Source: an uncultured Dehalococcoidia bacterium
Lineage (GTDB): Bacteria; Chloroflexota; Dehalococcoidia; Lucifugimonadales; UBA826
DNA length: 64,000 nt
Direction: 5' to 3'
Assembly (NCBI GenBank): GCA_964602845.1
Contig: CAZRSW010000001.1
Coordinates: 13,018-77,017 of the forward strand
The position numbers and the translations under genes were made by a program. The notes beneath the pieces are model-generated. The model worked only from the letters and a program-made list of their open reading frames with translations. It did no database searches and was not told the origin of the DNA. Below, piece after piece: positions 18,214-27,760 of this stretch (within the stretch, counting starts at the first letter, position 1; every line of letters begins with the position of its first letter).

Positions 18214-19227
18214 TTGATAGAAAAAGCAATAGCTAAAATTGTTAATACAGTCGATCTTTCTTTTGGTGAGTCTGTTGAAGTAATGACCGAAATCATGGAA
18301 GGTAGGTCGACGCCTGCACAGTTAGGTGCATTTCTCACAGCATTAAAGATGAAAGGAGAGGTTGCTGACGAGGTTGCAGGAATGGCCAGTGTAATGAGAG
18401 CTAAATCGACTCGTATTGACGTTCCGGATGATGTTATTGACACATGTGGCACTGGAGGGGACGGTAAAGGAACATTTAATGTCTCAACTGCGGCTGCTTT
18501 TGTCGCTGCGGGAGCCGGGATAAAGGTTGCTAAGCACGGTAATAGAGCTATGTCCGGGAGTACGGGAAGTGCAGATGTATTAGAAGCATTAGGCATAGAT
18601 ATTCAAATCACGTCGGAGGGTGTGTCGGAGTGTATAGGTAAAACCGGGTTTGGTTTTATGTTTGCTCAGGGTTATCATCCTTCCATGAGGCATGCAGCGC
18701 CCACGAGGAAGGAAATAGGCGTTCCTACCGTCTTTAATATATTGGGCCCACTGACGAATCCCGCTGGTGCAAAAAGGCAGCTTATAGGAGTGTCTGATAA
18801 GCATAAGGGCGCGCTTATTGCTGACGTTCTTAAAAAATTGGGTAGTGAAAGAGCAGTTGTTGTTTCTGGAGAAGACGGATTGGATGAAATTACCTTGGAT
18901 GGCGCCTCGATTTTATGGTTGCTCGAGTCCGGATCGATCGAGGAACATAGAATAAGACCTCAAGATTTTAACTTGGAGGAATCAACCCTCGATGTAATTA
19001 AAGTAAACAATGCAATTGAAAGCGCAGATGTAATAAGAGACATTCTCAATGGAAGAGTGGGGCCCGCCCGCGACATTGTTTTGATGAATGCGTCGGCCGC
19101 CTTATTGGCCTCTGGGAGGTTCAAAGACTTGGAGACTTGTTTGGTTGAATGCGTTAGATCGATAGATTGTGGACTTGCTTTAAATGTATTGGAAAATTGC
19201 ATCAATTATCGGCAGGGGCCAGAGTGA
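18214..19227 (+). CDS. trpD: Anthranilate phosphoribosyltransferase
   Basis: 337 aa. DTCGTGGDG and NILGPLTNPA motifs. TTG start. Confidence 0.9.
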   Translation: MIEKAIAKIVNTVDLSFGESVEVMTEIMEGRSTPAQLGAFLTALKMKGEVADEVAGMASVMRAKSTRIDVPDDVIDTCGTGGDGKGTFNVSTAAAFVAAGAGIKVAKHGNRAMSGSTGSADVLEALGIDIQITSEGVSECIGKTGFGFMFAQGYHPSMRHAAPTRKEIGVPTVFNILGPLTNPAGAKRQLIGVSDKHKGALIADVLKKLGSERAVVVSGEDGLDEITLDGASILWLLESGSIEEHRIRPQDFNLEESTLDVIKVNNAIESADVIRDILNGRVGPARDIVLMNASAALLASGRFKDLETCLVECVRSIDCGLALNVLENCINYRQGPE

Positions 19228-19228
19228 T

Positions 19229-20026
19229 ATGAGTAATAAAGGTGCTCCCGATATTCTGAGACAGATAGTTGCGTCCAAGGAGTTGAGGGTTGAATGTCAG
19301 AAAAAAGAAGTTCCGTTGTCTGAATTAGAGTCAAGGAACAGAAATGCGAAAAGGCCTCTTAACTTTTCTGGTAGCCTGATGGGTGTGTCTGTTCGAATCA
19401 TTGCTGAAATCAAGAGAGCATCTCCATCGAAAGGTACTTTTGGGGGGGCTATTAATGCTAGAGAATTATCGAGGTCTTATTCCAACGGAGGAGCCGCTGC
19501 AGTTTCAGTGTTGACCAATGAAGATCATTTTAAAGGTAGTATTCGTGATCTTACGGATGTTCATGAGGCAGTATATGCTGATGGGCTTCCAGTTTTACGT
19601 AAAGAATTTATCTTCGACAGTTATCAAATCCATGAGTCGCGAGCATATGGCGCTGACGCTATTTTGCTAATAGTTTCGATGTTGAGTAAGCAACAAATCT
19701 TAGATTTTATGGATATTGCTGCATCTTTGAGTTTGCAATGTCTTGTCGAAGTACATGATGACGATGAGCTCGATATCGCAGTAGACTGTGGGGCCGAAAT
19801 TATTGGGATAAATAATAGGAATCTGCGTACGTTTGAGACCAGTCTTGAAACTACCGAATTATTGGCTCCACGGATACCTGCGGGGAAAATTGTTGTGAGT
19901 GAAAGTGGAATATCTAATAAGATGGATATTGAAAGAGTCAGGCTTGCCGGGGCTCACGCGGTTCTTGTTGGCGAATCGTTGGTCAGGTCAAATGATCCAT
20001 CCCATGCTTTGAGGTTGTTGATGTGA
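19229..20026 (+). CDS. trpC: Indole-3-glycerol phosphate synthase
   Basis: IIAEIKRASPSKG and GINNRNLRTFE motifs. ATG 19229 is preferred over the track start 19184. Confidence 0.9.
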   Translation: MSNKGAPDILRQIVASKELRVECQKKEVPLSELESRNRNAKRPLNFSGSLMGVSVRIIAEIKRASPSKGTFGGAINARELSRSYSNGGAAAVSVLTNEDHFKGSIRDLTDVHEAVYADGLPVLRKEFIFDSYQIHESRAYGADAILLIVSMLSKQQILDFMDIAASLSLQCLVEVHDDDELDIAVDCGAEIIGINNRNLRTFETSLETTELLAPRIPAGKIVVSESGISNKMDIERVRLAGAHAVLVGESLVRSNDPSHALRLLM

Positions 20027-20679
20027 CCTTGTTTAAGATATGTGGCTTACAGACGGCAGAACACGCGATTTTCGCCCGTGAATGTGGGGCAACATTCCTT
20101 GGGTTTGTGTTTGTGAATGGGGTTCGGAGAGAGCTTTCTTTGTCAAACGCAGCAGAATTGATAGAGAAATATCGGTCGGTCTGTGGAGATGGTGGGCCGA
20201 GTTTGGTAGGTTTGTTTGCTGACCAGCCGATAGATATGGTGAACGAAATTATAGGTAAATGTGGGCTTGACTATGTTCAGCTTTGTGGACGAGAAGAGAT
20301 TGATTATTGGGCCGAGATAGAGTCTAAAGTCATAAAGCAAATTAGAATAGATGGGTCGAAGGAACGAGCTGAAATAGTAGAGTGGTTAAACTTGGAAATG
20401 GATGCTATTGCAATTAATAATGCGATTCCTCTCCTTGATCGCTATGAGTCGGGACAATTAGGTGGAACGGGTAAGACTTTTGATTGGACAATAACTACAG
20501 AGTTGGCTCATGGAATTGAGTATATTCTTGCCGGTGGGCTCAATCATCAGAACGTGAGTTTGGCTATTTCTACAGCCCGTCCATGGGCGGTGGATGTGTC
20601 AAGCGGTGTTGAAAATCGAGGGGAGAAGGATTTCTGCAAGATACAAAAATTCTCGGAAGCGGTCAGCCAAAACGCCTAA
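20023..20679 (+). CDS. trpF: Phosphoribosylanthranilate isomerase
   Basis: 218 aa. LFKICGL N-terminus and a GGTGKTFDW motif. GTGA overlap with trpC. Confidence 0.85.
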   Translation: MTLFKICGLQTAEHAIFARECGATFLGFVFVNGVRRELSLSNAAELIEKYRSVCGDGGPSLVGLFADQPIDMVNEIIGKCGLDYVQLCGREEIDYWAEIESKVIKQIRIDGSKERAEIVEWLNLEMDAIAINNAIPLLDRYESGQLGGTGKTFDWTITTELAHGIEYILAGGLNHQNVSLAISTARPWAVDVSSGVENRGEKDFCKIQKFSEAVSQNA

Positions 20680-21809
20680 GATATTCTAGGTATTAGGGTG
20701 GTTATAGAGGTAGATGAAACTTTTGGCCCCCAACTTGGAAGTACAGCTCCCATGGTCTTTTCTTCTCCGCCTGCGAATATGAGTATTATGTCTTCTGGGT
20801 CATCAAGTAACTGTATGAACGTGTTCTCGTCGCCCTCTTCTGGTTCCCCTAAGGCATTGGCAATTTTTATGTCCCTTAAGTTGCGTCTAGTGCCTTCGTA
20901 GAGTATTAACTTAACTTTATCTTTATCGTAATTTTTCCAAATACGAGCTTCCCCGGATATAACTATTGCTACCTCACCTCTTCTGATTATAGATCTTGTG
21001 TCAGCAGTGGATCCGACTGTAGCTGCCGAAGTACCTAATGAAGAAGCGACGTCGGATATTGTGTTCAATATTACATCGGGCGAACCAGACGTCCTAACTT
21101 GCCTAGGTCCTTCACATGCAAAAGCCGTCACGGTGCTATCGGTATCGTCAAATCCTCTTTCGACGTGCATTTGGCCCCACGGCGATTCTTCCGATTCAGC
21201 TATACAGAAGCTATATTTGCCAGGATGACCGAAAACTGATCTGTCAAAAAGCCCAGGTATGGCGGCACATGCATTCATTAATATTAGCCTTATAGCTCTG
21301 CCAATAGTGGCATTTGCTCTGTTACCAGGTCCGAACAAGTTGTTGCGGCAGTTGATGCCGAGGTCAGTCACAAGTGGTCCGTTGATGATCAATAATATGC
21401 CCGCACCTCCGAGACTCGAGGATGGTCCGACAAGATTGAACTTAGGGTCCAGTATGGCTTCGCAGGCGCTTATGACTACCGGGAAGTACTCTGGCTTGCA
21501 ACCCGCCATCACGGCGTTTGCTGCTACCTTTTCTACTGTGATCTCTCTTCTACGCTCGGGTAATTCTCCAATAATATGGTTATTGGTGAACTTAGTTTGA
21601 TCGATGAAACGTGCAACCAAGTCAGGGGTTGGGGGAACCACGGGTAGCCCATCCGTCCAGCCCCTTCTGTAGCATTCCTCCATGAGGTCTAGGGGATCGT
21701 TAGTCCCAGATATCGAGTAATCGGATTGTGTAAACATATATAATATCTGGCGCCAGTATATTTCAGGTGTTGATGAGATTACAAATTCAGATTGGTTACT
21801 TGACAGCAA
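20676..21809 (-). CDS. Conserved-looking protein of unknown function
   Basis: 377-aa ORF with non-repetitive, globular-looking composition and a striking GWTDGLPVVPPT motif. I cannot assign a family. The start is uncertain (TTG 21809 or ATG 21737). Confidence 0.5.
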   Translation of the reverse strand: MLSSNQSEFVISSTPEIYWRQILYMFTQSDYSISGTNDPLDLMEECYRRGWTDGLPVVPPTPDLVARFIDQTKFTNNHIIGELPERRREITVEKVAANAVMAGCKPEYFPVVISACEAILDPKFNLVGPSSSLGGAGILLIINGPLVTDLGINCRNNLFGPGNRANATIGRAIRLILMNACAAIPGLFDRSVFGHPGKYSFCIAESEESPWGQMHVERGFDDTDSTVTAFACEGPRQVRTSGSPDVILNTISDVASSLGTSAATVGSTADTRSIIRRGEVAIVISGEARIWKNYDKDKVKLILYEGTRRNLRDIKIANALGEPEEGDENTFIQLLDDPEDIILIFAGGEEKTMGAVLPSWGPKVSSTSITTLIPRIS

Positions 21810-21859
21810 TAATTGAGTACCTTAGGCTGATTTCAATTCTAAGTTATGGGAGCGTAATA

Positions 21860-22258
21860 ATGGGATATTCATTTAATCACGTACACCTCAAATCTCCTGA
21901 TCCGGGGAAGACTGTAGATTGGTACGTCAAAGCATTCGGGTTTGAAATTCTCAGTGATGAGAATCCTAGGCCAGTTGGGGATAGATTTATACGGTGCAGA
22001 ACTCAAGACGGCGTTGCGGTAAACATCTCTAGTGATCGGACAAATGAGGTCATGGGAGAAGGTGATTCGAATGCTCATTGGGGGCTCGAGCACTTCGGTA
22101 TTGAGGTTGATAGTATTCAAGATGAATTGGAGAGGTTACAGCGAATGGGAGCAGACTTGCTAGAAGGTCCGATACAAATGCCTAATGGTATGTCTATAGC
22201 TTTTATCCGGGCCCCTGACAACGTACGTATAGAGATTATGCAATTGCCCAAGGAATAG
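21860..22258 (+). CDS. Glyoxalase/bleomycin-resistance/dioxygenase (VOC) family protein
   Basis: MGYSFNHVHLKSPDPGKTVDWYVKAFGFE and HFGIEVD motifs. GGGAG lies upstream of ATG 21860. The track start 21767 is an extension. Confidence 0.75.
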   Translation: MGYSFNHVHLKSPDPGKTVDWYVKAFGFEILSDENPRPVGDRFIRCRTQDGVAVNISSDRTNEVMGEGDSNAHWGLEHFGIEVDSIQDELERLQRMGADLLEGPIQMPNGMSIAFIRAPDNVRIEIMQLPKE

Positions 22259-22274
22259 TTTTGAGGTTGGTACG

Positions 22275-22661
22275 ATGAGTAGAAATACATATTTTCCTGA
22301 TGAGAATAATAAACCGATAGGATTTTCTCCTGCAGCAGGAGTTGGAAACTTGATTTTTGTATCAGGGCAAGTCCCGGTTGATACAGGTGGTGATATCGTT
22401 GGAGATGGGGACTGTGGGGTCCAATCTCAACAGTGTTTCCTAAATATCGAGAAAAGCCTGATAGCTGCTGGAGCGACAATGGCTGATGTGGTGAAGATCA
22501 CAGCGTTTATTGTTCGACCAGATGATTATACTGATTATGCAGAGATACGCCGTTCTTGGTTTCCCAATGATGGGCCCGCAAGTAGTAGCGTATTCATAAG
22601 TGGTCTCGTGGACCCAAAATTCCTGATAGAAATTGAAGCAGTCGCTGTAATTGGAAACTGA
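22275..22661 (+). CDS. ridA: RidA/YjgF family reactive-intermediate deaminase
   Basis: 128 aa. FVSGQVPVD ... ITAFI ... EIEAVAV is the RidA pattern. Confidence 0.8.
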   Translation: MSRNTYFPDENNKPIGFSPAAGVGNLIFVSGQVPVDTGGDIVGDGDCGVQSQQCFLNIEKSLIAAGATMADVVKITAFIVRPDDYTDYAEIRRSWFPNDGPASSSVFISGLVDPKFLIEIEAVAVIGN

Positions 22662-22665
22662 ATAG

Positions 22666-23013
22666 GTGCTCGATCCTGAATGCTTATTTTGTGAAATTGG
22701 AAACGGCAAAATACAGGTTGACTTTGTAGATCGTACGGAGGACTGTTTTGTGATTAAAGATATTAACCCGGCGGCACCTGTTCATTTATTGGTTATACCA
22801 TTTGAGCATGTTACCTATATTGATGAATTTGTTGGTGGAAATCGTGAAATAATGAGCAGTATGTTTGGGGCGGCCACGGAATCTGCTAAGAAAGCTGGAA
22901 TATTGGATTCAGGGTATCGACTAGTTATCAACCAGAAAGGTCATGCTGGCCAGCAGATCGAACACTTACATTTGCATGTGTTAGGTGGAGCTAAGTTAGG
23001 CACAATGGCTTGA
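22666..23013 (+). CDS. HIT family (histidine triad) nucleotide hydrolase
   Basis: 115 aa. HLHLHVLGG histidine triad. GTG start. Confidence 0.85.
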   Translation: MLDPECLFCEIGNGKIQVDFVDRTEDCFVIKDINPAAPVHLLVIPFEHVTYIDEFVGGNREIMSSMFGAATESAKKAGILDSGYRLVINQKGHAGQQIEHLHLHVLGGAKLGTMA

Positions 23014-23023
23014 TCCAATAACG

Positions 23024-23623
23024 ATGAAGGTGATGGATCTTACCCTTGGGATAAACAAAAGATTGGTTGATTTACCTGTGTGGTTGAGAGAGCACATTAG
23101 CAGGACACGGGAAGTGGCTGTAAACCTAGCAGCTCATTATCAATTGGATGTGGCCAAGTGTGATTTGGGTGCTTCCGCCCATGATTTGGCTCGCCATTGG
23201 AATGACCAAGAGTTGCTTTTCCGAGCTGATAAAGAACAGATGTCTATTGACATAGTAGAAAGGTCAGTGCCTATGCTGCTCCATGGCCCAGTAGCAGCTG
23301 CGATCGTAAAATTTGAATTGGGCTGCTCTGACCCCGACGTGTTGAACGCTATACGGTTCCATACCACCGGACGAGCTTTCATGTCAGAGGTCGAAAAGGT
23401 TGTGTTTCTTGCGGATAAGATAGAGCCTAGAAAAATAAGACATTCAGATATTCTAACGGCAGTTGAGGATGTAGCCTATGAAGATTTGAACCTAGCTATT
23501 CAAAAGTATTTGTCCATCAGGATAAGGTCAATAATCCAATCTGGGGGCTTAGTCCATCCGCTTTCAATAGAGGCTTGGAATTATTTCTTGGGGCTTCATA
23601 ATGTTTTTGAACCTTCAGCGTAA
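23024..23623 (+). CDS. yqeK: HD-domain phosphohydrolase, YqeK-like
   Basis: 199 aa. SAHDLARHW (HD) and FHTTGRAFMSEVEKVVFLADKIEPRK match the YqeK pattern. Confidence 0.7.
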   Translation: MKVMDLTLGINKRLVDLPVWLREHISRTREVAVNLAAHYQLDVAKCDLGASAHDLARHWNDQELLFRADKEQMSIDIVERSVPMLLHGPVAAAIVKFELGCSDPDVLNAIRFHTTGRAFMSEVEKVVFLADKIEPRKIRHSDILTAVEDVAYEDLNLAIQKYLSIRIRSIIQSGGLVHPLSIEAWNYFLGLHNVFEPSA

Positions 23624-23632
23624 GGGTCTAAC

Positions 23633-24139
23633 TTACCTAATAGTTATGATTTCACCTTCTATGGATCTGTCTTCTAAATTCAATTGGACAATAGTACTGT
23701 CCACCATAAAGGATTTATAACCCTGGCCTGGATTCACAAATAATGTTTCTTCGATCGTTTCCAATAGTGGCTGATGAGTGTGTCCGAATATGATGATGTC
23801 GGGTTTTTCTTCAAAATCATTGAATAGCTCGGTTGGGGGGAACTCTTCTCTTCCCCAAGCTGGATGTGTAATGCCTAATCGAAGTCCTTCAATTTCAATC
23901 GATTCTTTGTATGGGAGGATTTCTCTTAGCTCCACTGGGTCGGAATTACCGTGGACTGCTATAGATCGCTTGGAGCATCTTCGGAATCCTTCCAGAACGG
24001 GCAGGCGTACAATATCTCCACAGTGAATAGCCAGATCCGCCTGTGTTACGGCTCTCCTAATCTGATCGTCTACTTCACTCCAACTGTAGCAATGAGTGTC
24101 GGATAAGATAGTTATTCTTGTGCCCAATGTAGCTCCCAA
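23633..24139 (-). CDS. Metallophosphoesterase (YfcE/MJ0936 family)
   Basis: 168 aa. ILSDTHC, HCGDIV, HGNSD and FGHTHQP phosphoesterase motifs. Confidence 0.8.
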   Translation of the reverse strand: MGATLGTRITILSDTHCYSWSEVDDQIRRAVTQADLAIHCGDIVRLPVLEGFRRCSKRSIAVHGNSDPVELREILPYKESIEIEGLRLGITHPAWGREEFPPTELFNDFEEKPDIIIFGHTHQPLLETIEETLFVNPGQGYKSFMVDSTIVQLNLEDRSIEGEIITIR

Positions 24140-24234
24140 TGTATTTGTTCAGCTTGTTTCTTCCATAGATTTCTAACTACAAGGCCTATGATATGCCAAT
24201 GGTCTGGGGTACTTACTAAGGTATTCGTCGGATC

Positions 24235-25437
24235 TTATTTGATACCCGCCACGACCCGATCTAAGATCGCGTTGGCGACATCATACTTGTCCATCAGGGG
24301 CAGTTCTTCTGTGGTACCACTGGCATGAATAAAGGTCGCCTTGTTGGTATCTGAAGCGAATCCGCTGTCATTTGCTGTGATGTCGTTTGCTACAATGAAG
24401 TCTAGATCTTTTGATGTTATCTTAGTCTTCGCATTTTCAATCAAGTTTTCACTCTCCGCTGCGAAGCCAACTTTAATGAGGTTTCGGCCAGAAATATTCC
24501 CGATAATGTCGGGGTTCTTGGTGAAGTTAATAGTTAAATTATCTTCTTCAGATTTTTTAATTTTATTAGTTAAGACTTTTTCTGGTTTCCAGTCACATAC
24601 CGCTGCAGCCATGATGACAGCATCAGCATCTAGACACTCATCATCTAATTCCGCCTTCATTTCTAAGGCACTATCAACTTTCCTGATCAATATTCCAACT
24701 GGGTCATCTAATGCTGATGGGCCTGTAACTAAGGCAACCTGAGCACCTCTATCTCGAGCGGCTGTTGCAATTGCATACCCCATTTTGCCGGATGATCTGT
24801 TGGTGATGATTCTGACTGGGTCGATCGATTCTTGTGTGCCTCCAGCGCTGACAACTATTTTTCGATCCTTAAGATCACCATTGCTACCCAAGATCATTGA
24901 GATTACCCCCAGTAATTCTTGGGTTTCGACCAACCTTCCATAGCCGTATAATCCAGATGCGAGTCGTCCCTCTGACGGGCCGGCTATGAAGACTCCTCTA
25001 CTTATCAGTTTAGATATATTTTCTTGAGTGGCAGGATGATTAAACATGTTGCCATCCATAGCAGGCGCAACTATCAAGGGAGCCTTATTCGCTAGAACCG
25101 TTGTGCCTAGTGCGTCATCAGCTATCCCAGTTGCTAGTTTGGCAATAGTATTAGCCGTTGCAGGAGCTATTATCATAATGTCAGCTGATTCTGCCAGTTT
25201 GATGTGGTTCAAATACTGGGTAGGTACGGCATCAAAAATATCTAAGAACACCTTGGTGTGGGTGATGCTTTCGAACGCCATAGGCGATATGAACTTCGTC
25301 GCAGAGTTAGTTAGAACCACGTCAACCCTTGACTGTGATTGGACCAGCTTGCTGGCCAAATCTAGGGACTTGTAACTAGCTATACTGCCGGTTACTCCTA
25401 GAATGACCTTCTTATCTTGCAGAGGGCCGGTATTCAA
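24235..25437 (-). CDS. coaBC: Bifunctional phosphopantothenoylcysteine decarboxylase / phosphopantothenate-cysteine ligase
   Basis: 400 aa. KVILGVTGSIASYKS flavoprotein domain plus a C-terminal CoaB ligase domain (RIITNRSSGKMG). Confidence 0.9.
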   Translation of the reverse strand: MNTGPLQDKKVILGVTGSIASYKSLDLASKLVQSQSRVDVVLTNSATKFISPMAFESITHTKVFLDIFDAVPTQYLNHIKLAESADIMIIAPATANTIAKLATGIADDALGTTVLANKAPLIVAPAMDGNMFNHPATQENISKLISRGVFIAGPSEGRLASGLYGYGRLVETQELLGVISMILGSNGDLKDRKIVVSAGGTQESIDPVRIITNRSSGKMGYAIATAARDRGAQVALVTGPSALDDPVGILIRKVDSALEMKAELDDECLDADAVIMAAAVCDWKPEKVLTNKIKKSEEDNLTINFTKNPDIIGNISGRNLIKVGFAAESENLIENAKTKITSKDLDFIVANDITANDSGFASDTNKATFIHASGTTEELPLMDKYDVANAILDRVVAGIK

Positions 25438-26219
25438 AACTCGCTCTCTATGTATTCCCTGTTCAAGCCGTAAATGATTCGGAGTCCACTAAGAGTGAGA
25501 TTCAAGTCTATTATATCGAGCATTCCGACTTCGTTTTCGATAAGTGGCACATTCCCTCCTGTCCCAATGACTATGGCATCTTCGGATAGCTCTCTTTTTA
25601 TTCGTGTTATCATTCCTTTTATTAGGTCAGAGTAACCTAGTACTAAACCGGACTGCAATGCGTCATGTGTATTTTTCCCTATAGCTTGGTCGGGAATTGA
25701 CAATTCGATCCTTCTCAATTGGGAGGTAGATCGAAAAAGAGAATCCGCCGCAATTGTCATCCCAGGGGCTATTGCACCACCCAAATATTCTCCCTTCCCG
25801 CTAACAGCATCAAACACTGTGGCAGTTCCTAAATCGACTACGATGAAAGGCCCTCCGTATAGATGTAAACCAGCGGCAGCGTCTACTATTCGATCTGCTC
25901 CTACATCTCTTGGATTATCGTAGAGTACTTTTATTCCAGTTTTGGTCCCTGATCCAATTATTAAGGGAGTAACCCCAAAAAATTTCTTAGATAATTCCTC
26001 AAATGTTGGGGTCAGAGGGGGCACAACGCTGCATATGCTTACATTCTTGATGTGGTGGGACTGTATATTCGCGGTGTGTAGCATCTGCCGAATTATTAAT
26101 TCATATTCGTCACTGGTCTTGTTTGATTCAGTAGAGATTCTCCAGGTAGAAAGGAGTTCTTTACTTTGGAATGCACCTAGTGAGATGTTTGTATTACCAA
26201 TATCAATTGCTAAAAGCAT
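25434..26219 (-). CDS. coaX: Type III pantothenate kinase
   Basis: 261 aa. MLLAIDIGNTNISLG and VVDLGTATVFD motifs. 4-nt overlap with coaBC. Confidence 0.9.
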   Translation of the reverse strand: MLLAIDIGNTNISLGAFQSKELLSTWRISTESNKTSDEYELIIRQMLHTANIQSHHIKNVSICSVVPPLTPTFEELSKKFFGVTPLIIGSGTKTGIKVLYDNPRDVGADRIVDAAAGLHLYGGPFIVVDLGTATVFDAVSGKGEYLGGAIAPGMTIAADSLFRSTSQLRRIELSIPDQAIGKNTHDALQSGLVLGYSDLIKGMITRIKRELSEDAIVIGTGGNVPLIENEVGMLDIIDLNLTLSGLRIIYGLNREYIESEF

Positions 26220-26242
26220 AGAATCACGGATACTTGTTGAAA

Positions 26243-27289
26243 TTATTTAGTCTTTTCTACGTAATTCTTGTTTCGGGACCAATTGGATTGTAATAGTTTA
26301 CTGGATGCCAACAGTTTGTCCAAAGTAGGATATACGGTGTCTCGCAGGCGCTTGAATCCCAATACTCTTGCAGCCGCTGAGGCAGCTGACTGGCCCGATA
26401 TCTGATCCTTGTTTCTATCCTCCCAAGCGTCATTAACACGGTTGTCCCAGTCCTCCGGAATCTGATCTTCCAGGTTTTTATTCGGTTGAAAGGTTATCAG
26501 CCGTTGCGCACCGTTATTAATCCTACGATTGTGATTATCTTGCTTATTATTGGCCGCGGGATCTAGTGATACCGTAAAGTCTGTACCCTGACGTAACGTG
26601 ACAGCTACCTCATCTCTAGCCTCTAGGAATTCCCGGAAGTTTCTATAACCTTGCTCCCTGTAGCTAAAACTAGGATCTATTCTCTGAATTGTCTGAGCTA
26701 ATTTTGTCCCAAGGACTATGCCGGTGTCATTCGTGGCCGCCTCGACTGCTCGGATGATTAACGAGGATAAGGTATCTGGGCCTTTACTTTGCACCCCGTT
26801 TACGGGCCTTTTTTTGGCGGGGATACGCCTTCTTGTTGTTGATGCTGGTCGTTGGTCTATGTCAGAATTTCGTAAAAATATGTATCTGTCGCATGATTTG
26901 ACCATAGTGGCTGAGGTTACATCCTCCCGCCCGGCACCTATAACCTGTTTCCCAGAGCCTCTCAAATGATTAACCAGCGGTACGAAATCGCTATCTGACG
27001 AGACTATGACGAATGTATCTACCTGAGCGCTATGAAGGAGTTCCACGGCGTCTATGGTTAGTTTGATGTCGCAGGAATTCTTACCTGCTCTTGGCCCTCG
27101 GTAGTTGTGAACCGCTTCAATACCAAGCTCGATCAGTTGTTCTTGCCCTTTTCGTTGGGAAGACCAGTCAGCGTAGGCGCGTTTCACGATTATGCGGCCT
27201 ACGCCGGACATCTGTTCTACCAGACTCCTCATAGAGTCCAACCCAGCGTTCTCAAAGTCAATCAACAGGGCAATGTTGGAGTCGCTCAA
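26243..27289 (-). CDS. NYN (LabA-like) domain protein with OST-HTH/LOTUS domain
   Basis: 348 aa. IALLIDFENA ... KRAYADW ... FVIVSSDSDF is NYN-like. The central LGTKLAQTIQRIDPSFSYREQGYRNFREFL is OST-HTH-like. Confidence 0.7.
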   Translation of the reverse strand: MSDSNIALLIDFENAGLDSMRSLVEQMSGVGRIIVKRAYADWSSQRKGQEQLIELGIEAVHNYRGPRAGKNSCDIKLTIDAVELLHSAQVDTFVIVSSDSDFVPLVNHLRGSGKQVIGAGREDVTSATMVKSCDRYIFLRNSDIDQRPASTTRRRIPAKKRPVNGVQSKGPDTLSSLIIRAVEAATNDTGIVLGTKLAQTIQRIDPSFSYREQGYRNFREFLEARDEVAVTLRQGTDFTVSLDPAANNKQDNHNRRINNGAQRLITFQPNKNLEDQIPEDWDNRVNDAWEDRNKDQISGQSAASAAARVLGFKRLRDTVYPTLDKLLASSKLLQSNWSRNKNYVEKTK

Positions 27290-27760
27290 TTCATACCACC
27301 CTTAAGCACACTAATTATCATGCTTTTCCACACCAAATAATTCTTAACTTCATGATTCTACCAGCATTGATTATATCATTTGTCGTGGATTATCGGTTCC
27401 AAGTACTTGGTATGTGGCTATTTGTGAAGTTGTTCCAGCATATTCATGGCTATCTTATATACAAATGTTTTGATCGATACTAATGTATGTCCGACCTTAC
27501 GGCTTTGGCCTAGCCCCTATATGTCTGTGTGCGGAACATTCATTGAAGGTAAATAATCTCGATGCTATACTTTTGATCTGTCGAGGATTAATCCCTTGTC
27601 TGATAGTTAGTTCGGTATGGTAACAAGGTCAGAGTTTTAGAGGCCTGACTTTCTGGGGATTTGTTTTGATGGTATGAATGTTAACAACTATGTGGTTGGG
27701 TAAGTATGTACCAACTTATGGTATTCGGCTGGGGCTTCAAATTGGTATGGAGGGATAAAT

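Noticed and set aside
18183-18596. Long antisense ORFs opposite well-supported genes: 18183-18596 vs trpD, 33253-34115 vs DUF1385/rpmE/rpmA, 36881-37339 vs infB, 37948-38511 and 38691-39224 vs ylxR/nusA, 42982-43458 vs the amidohydrolase, 21259-21600 vs the unknown 377-aa gene.
   Set aside because: Each lies opposite a gene with strong family motifs. Their composition is low-complexity (S, P, L, T rich), and none has its own start context. I treat them as frame shadows.
27290-27760. SRP RNA, tmRNA, TPP or Moco riboswitch in the long spacer.
   Set aside because: AAGGTCAGAG superficially resembles the SRP AGGTCAGG region. However, the GGAA tetraloop/AGCA symmetric-loop context, the tRNA-like end of tmRNA, the CTGAGA THI-box and the Moco blocks are all absent. 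The region is kept only as an unexplained-spacer finding.
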